A stretch of 64,000 nucleotides of DNA from Candidatus Omnitrophota bacterium (GTDB lineage Bacteria > Omnitrophota > Gorgyraeia > Duberdicusellales > 4484-171), in assembly GCA_046484225.1 (NCBI GenBank), contig JAWOBO010000062.1, positions 934 through 64,933 on the forward strand, written 5' to 3'. Positions 42,626 to 50,473 of the stretch are shown in pieces. The notes under the pieces were generated by a model that worked only from the letters and a program-made list of their open reading frames with translations, had not been told where the DNA came from and made no database searches. The first letter of the stretch is position 1. Every line of letters starts with the position of its first letter. The translations under genes were made by a program, and so were the position numbers.

Positions 42626-43003
42626 CTATTTGAGTTCTACTTTTGCTCCGGCTTCTTCAAGCTTTTTCTTTACACTTTCAGCTTCTTCTTTAGGAAGATC
42701 CTCTTTTACAGCAGCCGGGGCTGAATCTACTAACCCTTTTGCTTCTTTAAGACCTAAATCAGTAATAGCCCTTATCTCTTTAATTACGGCTATTTTGTTA
42801 GAGCCAACATCGGTAAGATTAACTGTAAACTCTGTTTGCTCTTCTTCAGCTTCTCCTCCACCTGCGGCTGCGGGTGCAGCAGCTGCTGCTACTGGAGCAC
42901 TTGCTTTTACATCAAACTTCTCTTCGCAGGCTTTCACTAGTTCTGATAGTTCTAACACCGTTAACTCTTCAACCATTTTTAAAACATCTTCTACTTTAGA
43001 CAT
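42626..43003 (-). CDS. rplL: 50S ribosomal protein L7/L12
   Basis: 125 aa; Ala/Gly hinge; C-terminal domain. Confidence 0.95.
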   Translation of the reverse strand: MSKVEDVLKMVEELTVLELSELVKACEEKFDVKASAPVAAAAAPAAAGGGEAEEEQTEFTVNLTDVGSNKIAVIKEIRAITDLGLKEAKGLVDSAPAAVKEDLPKEEAESVKKKLEEAGAKVELK

Positions 43004-43059
43004 TTCAAACCCTCCTTACTTTTTCTTACTTTTTAATTAGTTCTTAAATTTACGCTTGA

Positions 43060-43140
43060 TTCCGATAGAAGATGGACGACCGCTTCGCTAAGACGACAGA
43101 CGACTTCGTCCTTCGTCCCTCGTCCGTCATCCTTCGGTAC
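43060..43140. repeat. Dispersed palindromic repeat, family A copy 3; overlaps the last three codons and stop of rplJ, followed by a T-run
   Basis: ttccgatagaagatggacgaccgcttcgctaagacgacagacgacttcgtccttcgtccctcgtccgtcatccttcggtac. Confidence 0.8.
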
Positions 43141-43894
43141 TTTTTTTATTGTCTTCTTCCTTCTTGTCTTCGCCTTTTGTCTCTTTTGCTTTCGGCTCAG
43201 GCTTCTTGCCCTCTTCCTCTTTTTCTTTTGTTTCTTTTTTCTCTTCTTTTTCTTCTTCTTTTTTTTGTTCTGCTTGTTCTTTAGGTTCCTCACCTTCTTT
43301 ATTTTCCTCTTTAGTCTTATCTTCAGTCTTTTCTTCTTTCTCTGTTTCTTTATCCTTATTCTGACTTTGGACTTTTTTAATTTCCTCTATAGCCCAAACA
43401 AACTTTAAGATCGCTTGATTTAAACAAGTAAGAAAACCAGTTATTGGTGCAGCTAAACCAGAAACAGCTTGAGCTAGTAGAGTTTCTCTACCTGGCAATT
43501 TAGCTAAAGACTCTAACTCCTCTTTGCTTATCTTCCTACCTTCGATTATTCCGCCTTTTATAGTGAAACTTTCATTCTCTTTAGAGAAATCAACAATTAC
43601 TTTACACGGCTTCACAATATCCTCATTATATACAGAAATTATTCCAGTTTCCCCCTGAAAATAATCTTCTAAATTTTCTAAGTCAGTATTCTCTAGGGCT
43701 TTATTGATTAAAGAGTTTTTCGCCACAAAAACATAACTATCTACCACTCTTAGTTTATTCCTAAGTTCACTCAAAGCTGAAGCCTTAACGTTATTAAACC
43801 CAATAAAAAAGTAAACAGACGAACTGCTCACCCTCTCTTGAACCCTTTTAATAATATTTTCTCGTATCGCTAAACCAATTGTTTTTGTTTTCAT
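43127..43894 (-). CDS. rplJ: 50S ribosomal protein L10 with a ~85-aa Glu/Lys-rich C-terminal tail
   Basis: N-terminal L10 domain; tail KETEKEEKTEDKTKEENKEGEE... Confidence 0.9.
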   Translation of the reverse strand: MKTKTIGLAIRENIIKRVQERVSSSSVYFFIGFNNVKASALSELRNKLRVVDSYVFVAKNSLINKALENTDLENLEDYFQGETGIISVYNEDIVKPCKVIVDFSKENESFTIKGGIIEGRKISKEELESLAKLPGRETLLAQAVSGLAAPITGFLTCLNQAILKFVWAIEEIKKVQSQNKDKETEKEEKTEDKTKEENKEGEEPKEQAEQKKEEEKEEKKETKEKEEEGKKPEPKAKETKGEDKKEEDNKKSTEG

Positions 43895-43901
43895 AATAGT
43901 A

Positions 43902-44582
43902 TTATAAATTCACCTTAATTGATGGGCCCATAGTAGTTGATAAATAAAATGTTTTTATAAGTTGTCCTTTTAAATTTTGAGGACGAACTGCACCTATCGC
44001 TGAAATAAAACTATTTAAATTATCAACAATATCTTCCTTTTTAAATGACAATTTACCTAAACCAGCGTGAATACAACCCAGCTTATCCGCACGAAAGTTA
44101 ACTTTACCTTTTTTAGCCTCCTCAACAGCTTGAGAAATATTTTCAGTAACAGTACCCGTTTTTGTTGAAGGCATTAACCCTCTCGGCCCTAAAAATCTTC
44201 CTAGCTTGCTAACTGATTTCATCATCGCAGGAGTAGAAATACAATAATCAAAATCAACCCATCCTTTCTTAGATATTTTTTCTATTATTTCATCATTGCC
44301 AATATAATCAGCACCAGCTTTTTTAGCTTTTTCTTCTTGGTCAGATCCACAAAATACCAAAACTTTACTTTCTTTGCCAGTACCGTGAGGTAAAACAACT
44401 GCGCCTCTTACTATTTGTTCTGAATCTTTAGGGTCAATTCCTAACTTACCGCTGCCTTCTATCGTCTCATCAAATCCTATAGGAGAAAAAGACTTTAAAA
44501 TATCTACAGCTTCCTCGATCGGATAAGTCTTTTCTTTATCAATCAGTTCTAACCTTTTTTTATAAGTTTTACCAGCTCTCAT
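43902..44582 (-). CDS. rplA: 50S ribosomal protein L1
   Basis: 226 aa. Confidence 0.95.
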   Translation of the reverse strand: MRAGKTYKKRLELIDKEKTYPIEEAVDILKSFSPIGFDETIEGSGKLGIDPKDSEQIVRGAVVLPHGTGKESKVLVFCGSDQEEKAKKAGADYIGNDEIIEKISKKGWVDFDYCISTPAMMKSVSKLGRFLGPRGLMPSTKTGTVTENISQAVEEAKKGKVNFRADKLGCIHAGLGKLSFKKEDIVDNLNSFISAIGAVRPQNLKGQLIKTFYLSTTMGPSIKVNL

Positions 44583-45029
44583 TTATCCTCCCACAACCTT
44601 AATTCCGCAGCTTCTAGCCGTTCCTTCAATTATTTTTATTGCCTGTTTTATATCAGTTGTGTTTAAATCTGTTAACTTTTCTTTAGCAATCTCTTCAACA
44701 GCTGAACTTTTAACCTCACCAATAATCTGCTTTCCAGCTTCTGGTGAAGCTTTTGCTAAATTAGCAGCTCGTTTAAGTAAAAAAGCAACCGGCGGGCTTT
44801 TAACTATAAAATCAAAGCTTCTGTCTTTATACACACTAATTACAACCGGGACCACTATCCCTTCTTTCTGTTTAGTTGCTTCGTTAAAAGACTTACAAAA
44901 TTCCATAATATTCACCCCATGCTGGCCTAAAGCCGGGCCAACCGGAGGTGCGGGATTAGCGCTTCCAGCCGGAATCTGTAACTTAATTTGTCCTACGGGT
45001 TGTTTCTTCTTTTTCTTCTTCTTTGCCAT
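44583..45029 (-). CDS. rplK: 50S ribosomal protein L11
   Basis: [21 protein letters not shown] motif. Confidence 0.95.
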   Translation of the reverse strand: MAKKKKKKKQPVGQIKLQIPAGSANPAPPVGPALGQHGVNIMEFCKSFNEATKQKEGIVVPVVISVYKDRSFDFIVKSPPVAFLLKRAANLAKASPEAGKQIIGEVKSSAVEEIAKEKLTDLNTTDIKQAIKIIEGTARSCGIKVVGG

Positions 45030-45062
45030 GTTACATCCTCTTTTTTATGTAGATGATTTCAT

Positions 45063-45590
45063 TTATATCTTCTCCACCTGCCAGAACTCTAATTCAACAG
45101 GAGTAGTCCTGCCAAAGATTGAAACACTTACTTTCAATTTTCCCTTGGTAGGATAAACTTCATCCACTACGCCAGTAAAGTTAACAAAAGGCCCTTCTCC
45201 AACCCGGACACTTTCGCCTTTTTCAAAGTTAACTTTAGGTGCAGGTTTTGCTTGACTTTCTTCAGCTTTACTTAAAATTTGATCAACCTCTTTTTGGGAT
45301 ATAGGTGAAGGCTTTTTTCGTGGTCCAATAAAAGTTGTAATTCCCGGTGTATTTTTTACAAAAAGCCAACTATCCTTGCTCATCTCCATATGAACCAGGA
45401 TGTAACCAGGAAAAAATTTTCTCTCTAATACCTTCTTTTTCCCAAACTTGACTTCAGTTACCTGTTCTTTCGGAATAACTATCTTATCAATCAAGTTTCC
45501 GTAGTCGTGAGATTTAATCTTTGCTTCCAAGTTCCACTTGGCTTTTTCTTCAGCACCACTTAAAGTATGAACAATATACCATTTATGCAT
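45063..45590 (-). CDS. nusG: Transcription termination/antitermination factor NusG
   Basis: MHKWYIVHTLSGAEEKAK; KOW domain. Confidence 0.95.
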   Translation of the reverse strand: MHKWYIVHTLSGAEEKAKWNLEAKIKSHDYGNLIDKIVIPKEQVTEVKFGKKKVLERKFFPGYILVHMEMSKDSWLFVKNTPGITTFIGPRKKPSPISQKEVDQILSKAEESQAKPAPKVNFEKGESVRVGEGPFVNFTGVVDEVYPTKGKLKVSVSIFGRTTPVELEFWQVEKI

Positions 45591-45592
45591 TT

Positions 45593-45790
45593 CTAATTAC
45601 CCAAAAATAGTTGAATCAACCTAGAAAAACCTAAGTCAATGCCCCAAATATAAACAGTCAAAAGCCCGGCCACAACTATTACAATTAAACTAGCTGAGAC
45701 AATTTCTCGGCGCGAAGACCAATGGACCTTCTCCATTTCTTCCCGAACTTGTTTAAAAAATTTTGGAATACCTTTAATTTTTTTTATCAT
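45593..45790 (-). CDS. secE: Preprotein translocase subunit SecE
   Basis: 65 aa, single TM; precedes nusG. Confidence 0.85.
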   Translation of the reverse strand: MIKKIKGIPKFFKQVREEMEKVHWSSRREIVSASLIVIVVAGLLTVYIWGIDLGFSRLIQLFLGN

Positions 45791-45819
45791 ACTTACTAAC
45801 CAAACATTATTTAAGCTGG

Positions 45820-45880
45820 TTGCCAGAACACCAGTTACCAGTTCCCAGTAAATATCACTGGTGACTTGGCAACTTGGAAA
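45820..45880. promoter_or_regulatory. Long imperfect palindrome in the tRNA-Trp–secE spacer (secE/nusG leader structure)
   Basis: ggttgccagaacaccagttaccagttcccagtaaatatcactggtgacttggcaacttgg; arms CACCAGT/ACTGGTG and TTGCCAG/TTGGCAA. Confidence 0.4.
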
Positions 45881-45908
45881 CTAGTAACCCGTATTTTACC
45901 AAACTAAC

Positions 45909-45982
45909 ACAGGCGAGGTAGGAGTTGAACCTACAACCCCCGGTTTTGGAGACCGGTGCTCTAGCCAATTGAGCTACTCGCC
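45909..45982 (-). tRNA. tRNA-Trp (anticodon CCA)
   Basis: Minus-strand sequence AGGCGAGTAGCTCAATTGGCTAGAGCACCGGTCTCCAAAACCGG...CTCGCCTG folds as a cloverleaf with a CCA anticodon; canonical position before secE. Confidence 0.9.
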
Positions 45983-46001
45983 TATACACGTTTATCGCTT
46001 T

Positions 46002-46083
46002 GTTCCGAAAAACGACAAACGATCGCTTCGCTAAGACGACAGATGATTTCGTCCTTTCGTCCTTCGTCTATCATCTCTCGGTA
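46002..46083. repeat. Dispersed palindromic repeat, family A copy 4 (between rpmG and tRNA-Trp)
   Basis: ttccgaaaaacgacaaacgatcgcttcgctaagacgacagatgatttcgtcctttcgtccttcgtctatcatctctcggtac. Confidence 0.8.
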
Positions 46084-46093
46084 CTTTTTCATC

Positions 46094-46249
46094 TTACTTA
46101 GGCTTTGCTTCCTTATGAAGGATATGTTTACGTTCAAAGCGACAATATTTTTTTATAGAAAATTTCTCCGGATGTAGCCTTTTATTCTTGGTAGTGTAAT
46201 AATTCTTACGCTTACAACTTGTACATTTTAATGCAATTAATTCTCTCAT
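46094..46249 (-). CDS. rpmG: 50S ribosomal protein L33 (51 aa; not in the ORF track)
   Basis: Hand translation: MRELIALKCTSCKRKNYYTTKNKRLHPEKFSIKKYCRFERKHILHKEAKPK. Confidence 0.9.
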   Translation of the reverse strand: MRELIALKCTSCKRKNYYTTKNKRLHPEKFSIKKYCRFERKHILHKEAKPK

Positions 46250-46365
46250 AATAAGTTACGAAAATAAAAAAATTTAGGGTCTAAAATCCCCCCGTCATTT
46301 TTTTGGTTCTTTCTAATTTTTAGGCCTACTTCTAACTTGTTAACTTCCCATCCCGCCTTCTTCTA

Positions 46366-46437
46366 AGCCTGGAATGGGAATTGAACCCATGGCCTCGTCC
46401 TTACCAAGGACGCGCTCTACCCCTGAGCTATCCAGGC
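46366..46437 (-). tRNA. tRNA-Thr (anticodon GGT)
   Basis: GCCTGGATAGCTCAGGGGTAGAGCGCGTCCTTGGTAAGGACGAGGCCATGGGTTCAATTCCCATTCCAGGCT; 72 nt cloverleaf. Confidence 0.9.
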
Positions 46438-46598
46438 GCGATAGCGGGATGTTTTTTTGCTAAAAGCAGGTAAATGATCTTTAAAAAACGAATCTAGATT
46501 ACAACGACTGACTTTTCGATGATACTATAAAAGAGACTTTTGTCAAGGAAAAAAAGATGAAAATTTTTAACTGGTGGATTGTAACTCATAATCCTATT

Positions 46599-46694
46599 GT
46601 CATCCTGAGGAGCTCCAAACTCAAAAGCGGCAAAAGCAACGAAGGATCTCCGCAACGGGATGAGATTCTTCGGCTTCGCCTCAGAATGACACCG
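46599..46694. mobile_element. Nested-palindrome dispersed repeat, family B copy 3
   Basis: gtcatcctgaggagc...cgaaggatctc...gagattcttcg...cctcagaatgacaccg. Confidence 0.75.
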
Positions 46695-46780
46695 AGATTA
46701 TTCTATATCTCAGTATCATAGCCACTATGCAACAAAACAGGTTCAAACAAAAATGTTGCATAAGATGCTTTTCTTTAGGA

Positions 46781-46912
46781 GGGGACGTTTCCCTCTGTTA
46801 TAAGTTACTGCAAATAAAGAAGTTATAAAGCAGTGTTTTCCGGAGACAAGCGGAAAATGCCAGTTTATAACCCATTGGCTAACAAAAGGTTATAAACGAG
46901 GGAAACGTCCCC
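46781..46912. other. Unique 132-bp element: perfect 15-bp terminal inverted repeats (GGGGACGTTTCCCTC / GAGGGAAACGTCCCC) flanking an AT-rich core with four TTATAA-centred palindromic half-sites. Candidate structured RNA, MITE or protein-binding array.
   Basis: Read directly from the sequence; the intervening 102 nt carries gttataag, gttataaag, gtttataac and gttataaac, plus an internal TTTTCCG...CGGAAAA hairpin. Confidence 0.5.
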
Positions 46913-46954
46913 TTAACTGCGAGCCAAAGGCGCAACTATGGTACGTAATTTAAT

Positions 46955-48073
46955 TCAAAGCAAGGCAGCTGACACACTATCAGCGAACAAAAGCCCTTTT
47001 TTAGTAAGTTTTATTGCCTCTTTTCCATTTTTAGTCTGCTTAATTAATCCTTGCTCAAATAGTTTTGGTAAAGAATCTTTTTCTAATTCCTGGAAATCAA
47101 AACCAGTTTTTTGCTTGAACCAGCTAAAACTTATCCCCTCTCTTGTCCTTATCTTTAAAGCAGCTGCTTCCTTTGCTGCCTGAAAAGATGAAAGCTTTTC
47201 AGAATATTCCCAAATTTTTTCATTTTTTCTTACAGCTTTTATGTATTCAGGTAAACAAGAAATATTTCTTTGTCTTTTTCCTGCAAAAAAAGAAGCAGCC
47301 GAAGGCCCTAACCCTATATACGGCTTATTTTCCCAATATCTAAAATTATGAATAGATTTAAACTTTTTTTTAGAAAAATTAGATATTTCATATTGAAAAA
47401 ATTCTTTTTCTTCAAGCTGCCCTATAAGTTGTTTATACATCTGAGCAATCTTATCTGAGGCCAAGGGTAAAAACTCTCCAGCCTCAAATCTCTTATACAA
47501 ACAGCTCCCTTTTTCATAAGTTAACATATAAGCAGATAAATGAGTTACGGGAAGTTCTCTAGCCTTAACGAGATCTTTTTGCCATAACTTATAAGATTCA
47601 GATGGTAGCCCATAGATTAAATCTATACTTATATTATCAAATCCCCTTCTTTTAACCTTCTCTACTGAATCTAAAGCTTGTTCTGCCGAATGAATTCTCC
47701 CCAAAAAATTTAGCTTTTGGTCACTAAAAGATTGGCACCCTATACTTATTCTGTTTACAGAATAATCAGAAAACAATCTTATTTTATCTTCGTCAAGACT
47801 TTCAGGGTTCGCTTCTATAGTAAACTCTTTAGCTTCCCCAGCTATCTTTTCTAATTCTTTTAATAATTTCTCAATTAAATCTATATCTAATACTGTCGGT
47901 GTCCCTCCTCCAATATATATAGTTTCAAAATTACAATCTAATTTTTTAATTTGTTTAACTAAAACAGAAAGAAAAGAAACCGCCATAGTTCTTTTATAGA
48001 TAGTGGTATAAAAATCACAATAAGTACAACGACTTTGGCAAAAAGGAATATGAATATACAATGATTTTTTCAT
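46955..48073 (-). CDS. hemW: Radical SAM protein, HemW/HemN-like (coproporphyrinogen III oxidase-like heme chaperone family)
   Basis: CQSRCTYCDF CxxxCxxC cluster; GGGTPT; 372 aa. Confidence 0.8.
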   Translation of the reverse strand: MKKSLYIHIPFCQSRCTYCDFYTTIYKRTMAVSFLSVLVKQIKKLDCNFETIYIGGGTPTVLDIDLIEKLLKELEKIAGEAKEFTIEANPESLDEDKIRLFSDYSVNRISIGCQSFSDQKLNFLGRIHSAEQALDSVEKVKRRGFDNISIDLIYGLPSESYKLWQKDLVKARELPVTHLSAYMLTYEKGSCLYKRFEAGEFLPLASDKIAQMYKQLIGQLEEKEFFQYEISNFSKKKFKSIHNFRYWENKPYIGLGPSAASFFAGKRQRNISCLPEYIKAVRKNEKIWEYSEKLSSFQAAKEAAALKIRTREGISFSWFKQKTGFDFQELEKDSLPKLFEQGLIKQTKNGKEAIKLTKKGLLFADSVSAALL

Positions 48074-48097
48074 ACTAATTGACTCGTTATGCCAATG

Positions 48098-48169
48098 TTC
48101 CGATAGACGATAGACGAAAGGAAGATGGACGTTTCGTCCTTTCGTCCTTCATCCATCGTCCTTCGGATC
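48098..48169. repeat. Dispersed palindromic repeat, family A copy 5, in the divergent hemW / GT2 promoter region
   Basis: ttccgatagacgatagacgaaaggaagatggacgtttcgtcctttcgtccttcatccatcgtccttcggatc. Confidence 0.75.
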
Positions 48170-48170
48170 T

Positions 48171-48197
48171 TTGCATATAAGACGGTTATGTTATAAT
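48171..48197 (+). promoter_or_regulatory. Candidate sigma70-like promoter for the GT2–rSAM operon (TTGCAT -35, 15-nt spacer, TATAAT -10)
   Basis: ttgcatataagacggttatgttataat, ~58 nt upstream of the ATG at 48255. Confidence 0.4.
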
Positions 48198-48254
48198 TAT
48201 ACAGATAAGAACCCAATCGTCTAGGTAATTAGTATTTTATTTATCAAATATATT

Positions 48255-49094
48255 ATGAATAAAAAACCTTTTTTTAGTATAATTATTCCTACCTACAACC
48301 GTAAACATTTTCTAAAAATAGCAATTGATTCGGTGTTAAACCAAACCTTTGATAACTACGAACTAATCATTGTCGATGACGGCTCAACTGATTATACAAA
48401 AAATTTTATCAAAAGCTATAAAACCCCTAAACTAAGATACTATTACCAACAAAACCAAGGTCCAGCCTCAGCAAGAAACTTAGGTGTAGTTAAAGCCAAA
48501 GGAGAATTTATCTGCTTCCTAGATTCAGACGATAGATACAGAAAAAATAAATTAAAAATTACCTCTCAATATATAAAAGATAATCCTGAATACAAAATAT
48601 TTCACAGCGAAGAAATCTGGTATAGAAATAATAAATTTCTTAGTCAAAAAAAAGTACATAAAAAACCCACTGGTTTTATATTTGAAAATGCAACTAAACT
48701 ATGCTCTGTTAGCATCTCTACTGCTGCAATTAAAAAAGAAGTTTTTGGTAAAATTGGCAATTTTGATAAAAACCTATTAGCCTGCGAAGACTATGACTTT
48801 TGGTTAAGAGCAACTTTGCGATATCCTGTATATCTGATCCCGAAAGTTTTAACTATAAAGGAGGGCGGACACAAGGATCAACAATCAAAAAAATATCCGG
48901 GAATGGATAAGTTCAGAATTTATGCTTTAGATAAACTTCTTCAAACTAAAAATCTCAAAAAAAATCAATACCAAGCAGCCTATCAACAATTAAAAACTAA
49001 ATGCTTAATTTGCATAAAAGGATCAGAAAAAAGAAACAAAACCGAAGAAATAAAAAAATATCAGAAAATATTAAATAAATATTCTTTACAATGA
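48255..49094 (+). CDS. Family 2 glycosyltransferase (GT-A fold)
   Basis: FSIIIPTYNRKHFL, DDGSTD, DSDD (DXD), CEDYDFWLR; 279 aa. Confidence 0.85.
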   Translation: MNKKPFFSIIIPTYNRKHFLKIAIDSVLNQTFDNYELIIVDDGSTDYTKNFIKSYKTPKLRYYYQQNQGPASARNLGVVKAKGEFICFLDSDDRYRKNKLKITSQYIKDNPEYKIFHSEEIWYRNNKFLSQKKVHKKPTGFIFENATKLCSVSISTAAIKKEVFGKIGNFDKNLLACEDYDFWLRATLRYPVYLIPKVLTIKEGGHKDQQSKKYPGMDKFRIYALDKLLQTKNLKKNQYQAAYQQLKTKCLICIKGSEKRNKTEEIKKYQKILNKYSLQ

Positions 49095-50473
49095 ACAAAA
49101 ACTTAAAAGAAAAAATTGAAAAAAAATTTGCTTTTCGATTAAATCAAAATCAATATCAAGAAGTAGAGAGGCTTATCTTTGAAATTACTCGCAGACAAAA
49201 CATTTCAATATCTAAAATCATTGATTATTTAAAAATAAATTCAAAAGCTAACAAGCAAACAGGGAAAAATAAGTTTTTCGCCCTTAAAAATAGTTTGATT
49301 AACTACCGTTTTCCTTTAACTTCTGCCTATAAAAGTATCAATACAAAAAAAATATTTTTAAATAAGACACAAATTCCTCTAAAAAACAATTGGGCCATAA
49401 AAAAACCTTTTAGGCCGGCCACTTTATTTTTTGAAAAAAAAGTAAAAGGAAGCTATTTAATTGATAATTTTCGGAACTATTTTCCTAATTTAAAAATAGA
49501 ACAAATATCTTCTTTAAAAAATTATATTAAAAATAATAAGTTTAGGCTTTCCGAATTAAAAAAACCTTTTGTTTTTATTGTAGAAGAAAACCGAGATTTC
49601 CTAAAACCCTGCCCTTGCACAAAAAAACATCTAGGTTGTGGCTACTGGATATTTAACCTCGGTTTTGGCTGCCCTTTCGATTGTTCTTATTGCTACCTAC
49701 AACAATACACAAATTCAGCCGGTATAATTTTACCAGCAAACTTGAAAAAATTTTTTCACCAATTTGATAAATTTAAAAAAAGGATAAATAAACCAATTCG
49801 AATCGGTACCGGTGAATTTTGTGATTCCCTGGCCCTAGACCACATAACCAACTACTCTACTAAACTTATCTCATATTTTAGAAATAAGTCTGTACTTTTT
49901 GAATTGAAAACAAAAAGCAACAAAATTAAAAATATACTGGCCCAAAAACCAGTTTCAAATATAGTTATTTCTTGGTCTCTTAATCCGGAAAAAATTATTG
50001 ATTCAGAAGAAAAAGGAGCTGCCAAGCTACAAGAAAGATTAGAAGCTGCAAGAAAAGTACAAAAAGCAGGTTTTAAAGTGGCTTTTCATTTTGATCCTAT
50101 CATTTATTATAAGGGTTGGGAAAAAGACTATAAAAATTTAGTCCAACTACTTTATACTAAAGTTAGCCCTTCTTTTGCCTGGATAAGCCTAGGGACACTT
50201 CGCTCGAACCGGCAACTTAAGCCAATCGTCGAACAACGCTTCCCCGAAAGTAATATTTTTTACGGAGAGCTGTTGATTGGAGAAGATAAAAAGTTAAGAT
50301 ATCCTCAATTTCTGCGAAAAATAATTTATAATAAAATGACCAAATGGATAAAAGAATTTGATCAAAAGACACCAATCTATCTGTGTATGGAAAATAAAGA
50401 TATTTGGAAAGATAGGGGCAATTTTAAAACTACAAAAGACATAGAGGCCTACCTTATAAAAAACAATCTATAG
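49091..50473 (+). CDS. Radical SAM protein of the spore-photoproduct-lyase (SplB) family with a ~170-aa N-terminal extension
   Basis: GCPFDCSYCYL (Cx3Cx2C); by eye ERLEAARKVQKAGFKVAFHFDPIIYYKGWEKDY parallels the SplB segment LEAAAKVAKAGYPLGF..PIY..GWEDGY; start overlaps the GT2 stop (ATGA). Confidence 0.7.
   Translation: MNKNLKEKIEKKFAFRLNQNQYQEVERLIFEITRRQNISISKIIDYLKINSKANKQTGKNKFFALKNSLINYRFPLTSAYKSINTKKIFLNKTQIPLKNNWAIKKPFRPATLFFEKKVKGSYLIDNFRNYFPNLKIEQISSLKNYIKNNKFRLSELKKPFVFIVEENRDFLKPCPCTKKHLGCGYWIFNLGFGCPFDCSYCYLQQYTNSAGIILPANLKKFFHQFDKFKKRINKPIRIGTGEFCDSLALDHITNYSTKLISYFRNKSVLFELKTKSNKIKNILAQKPVSNIVISWSLNPEKIIDSEEKGAAKLQERLEAARKVQKAGFKVAFHFDPIIYYKGWEKDYKNLVQLLYTKVSPSFAWISLGTLRSNRQLKPIVEQRFPESNIFYGELLIGEDKKLRYPQFLRKIIYNKMTKWIKEFDQKTPIYLCMENKDIWKDRGNFKTTKDIEAYLIKNNL

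Noticed and set aside
43033-43364. ORFs 43033-43293 (-; poly-K/R 86 aa), 43072-43284 (+) and 43149-43364 (+; Ser/Phe-rich)
   Set aside because: They are alternative-frame and antisense readings of the low-complexity GAA/AAG-rich DNA that encodes the E/K tail of rplJ, plus repeat A3. They are not independent genes.
46542-46720. Possible small plus-strand ORF starting ATGAAAATTTTTAACTGG (about 54 aa)
   Set aside because: Reads straight through repeat B3, has low-complexity composition and no ribosome-binding site; most likely an artefact.
46781-46912. SRP RNA (ffs) or 6S RNA identity for the 132-bp palindromic element
   Set aside because: The SRP domain IV signature (GGAA tetraloop with flanking AGCAG/CAGG) is not convincingly present, and the element is too short for 6S RNA. 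It is left as an unclassified structured element.
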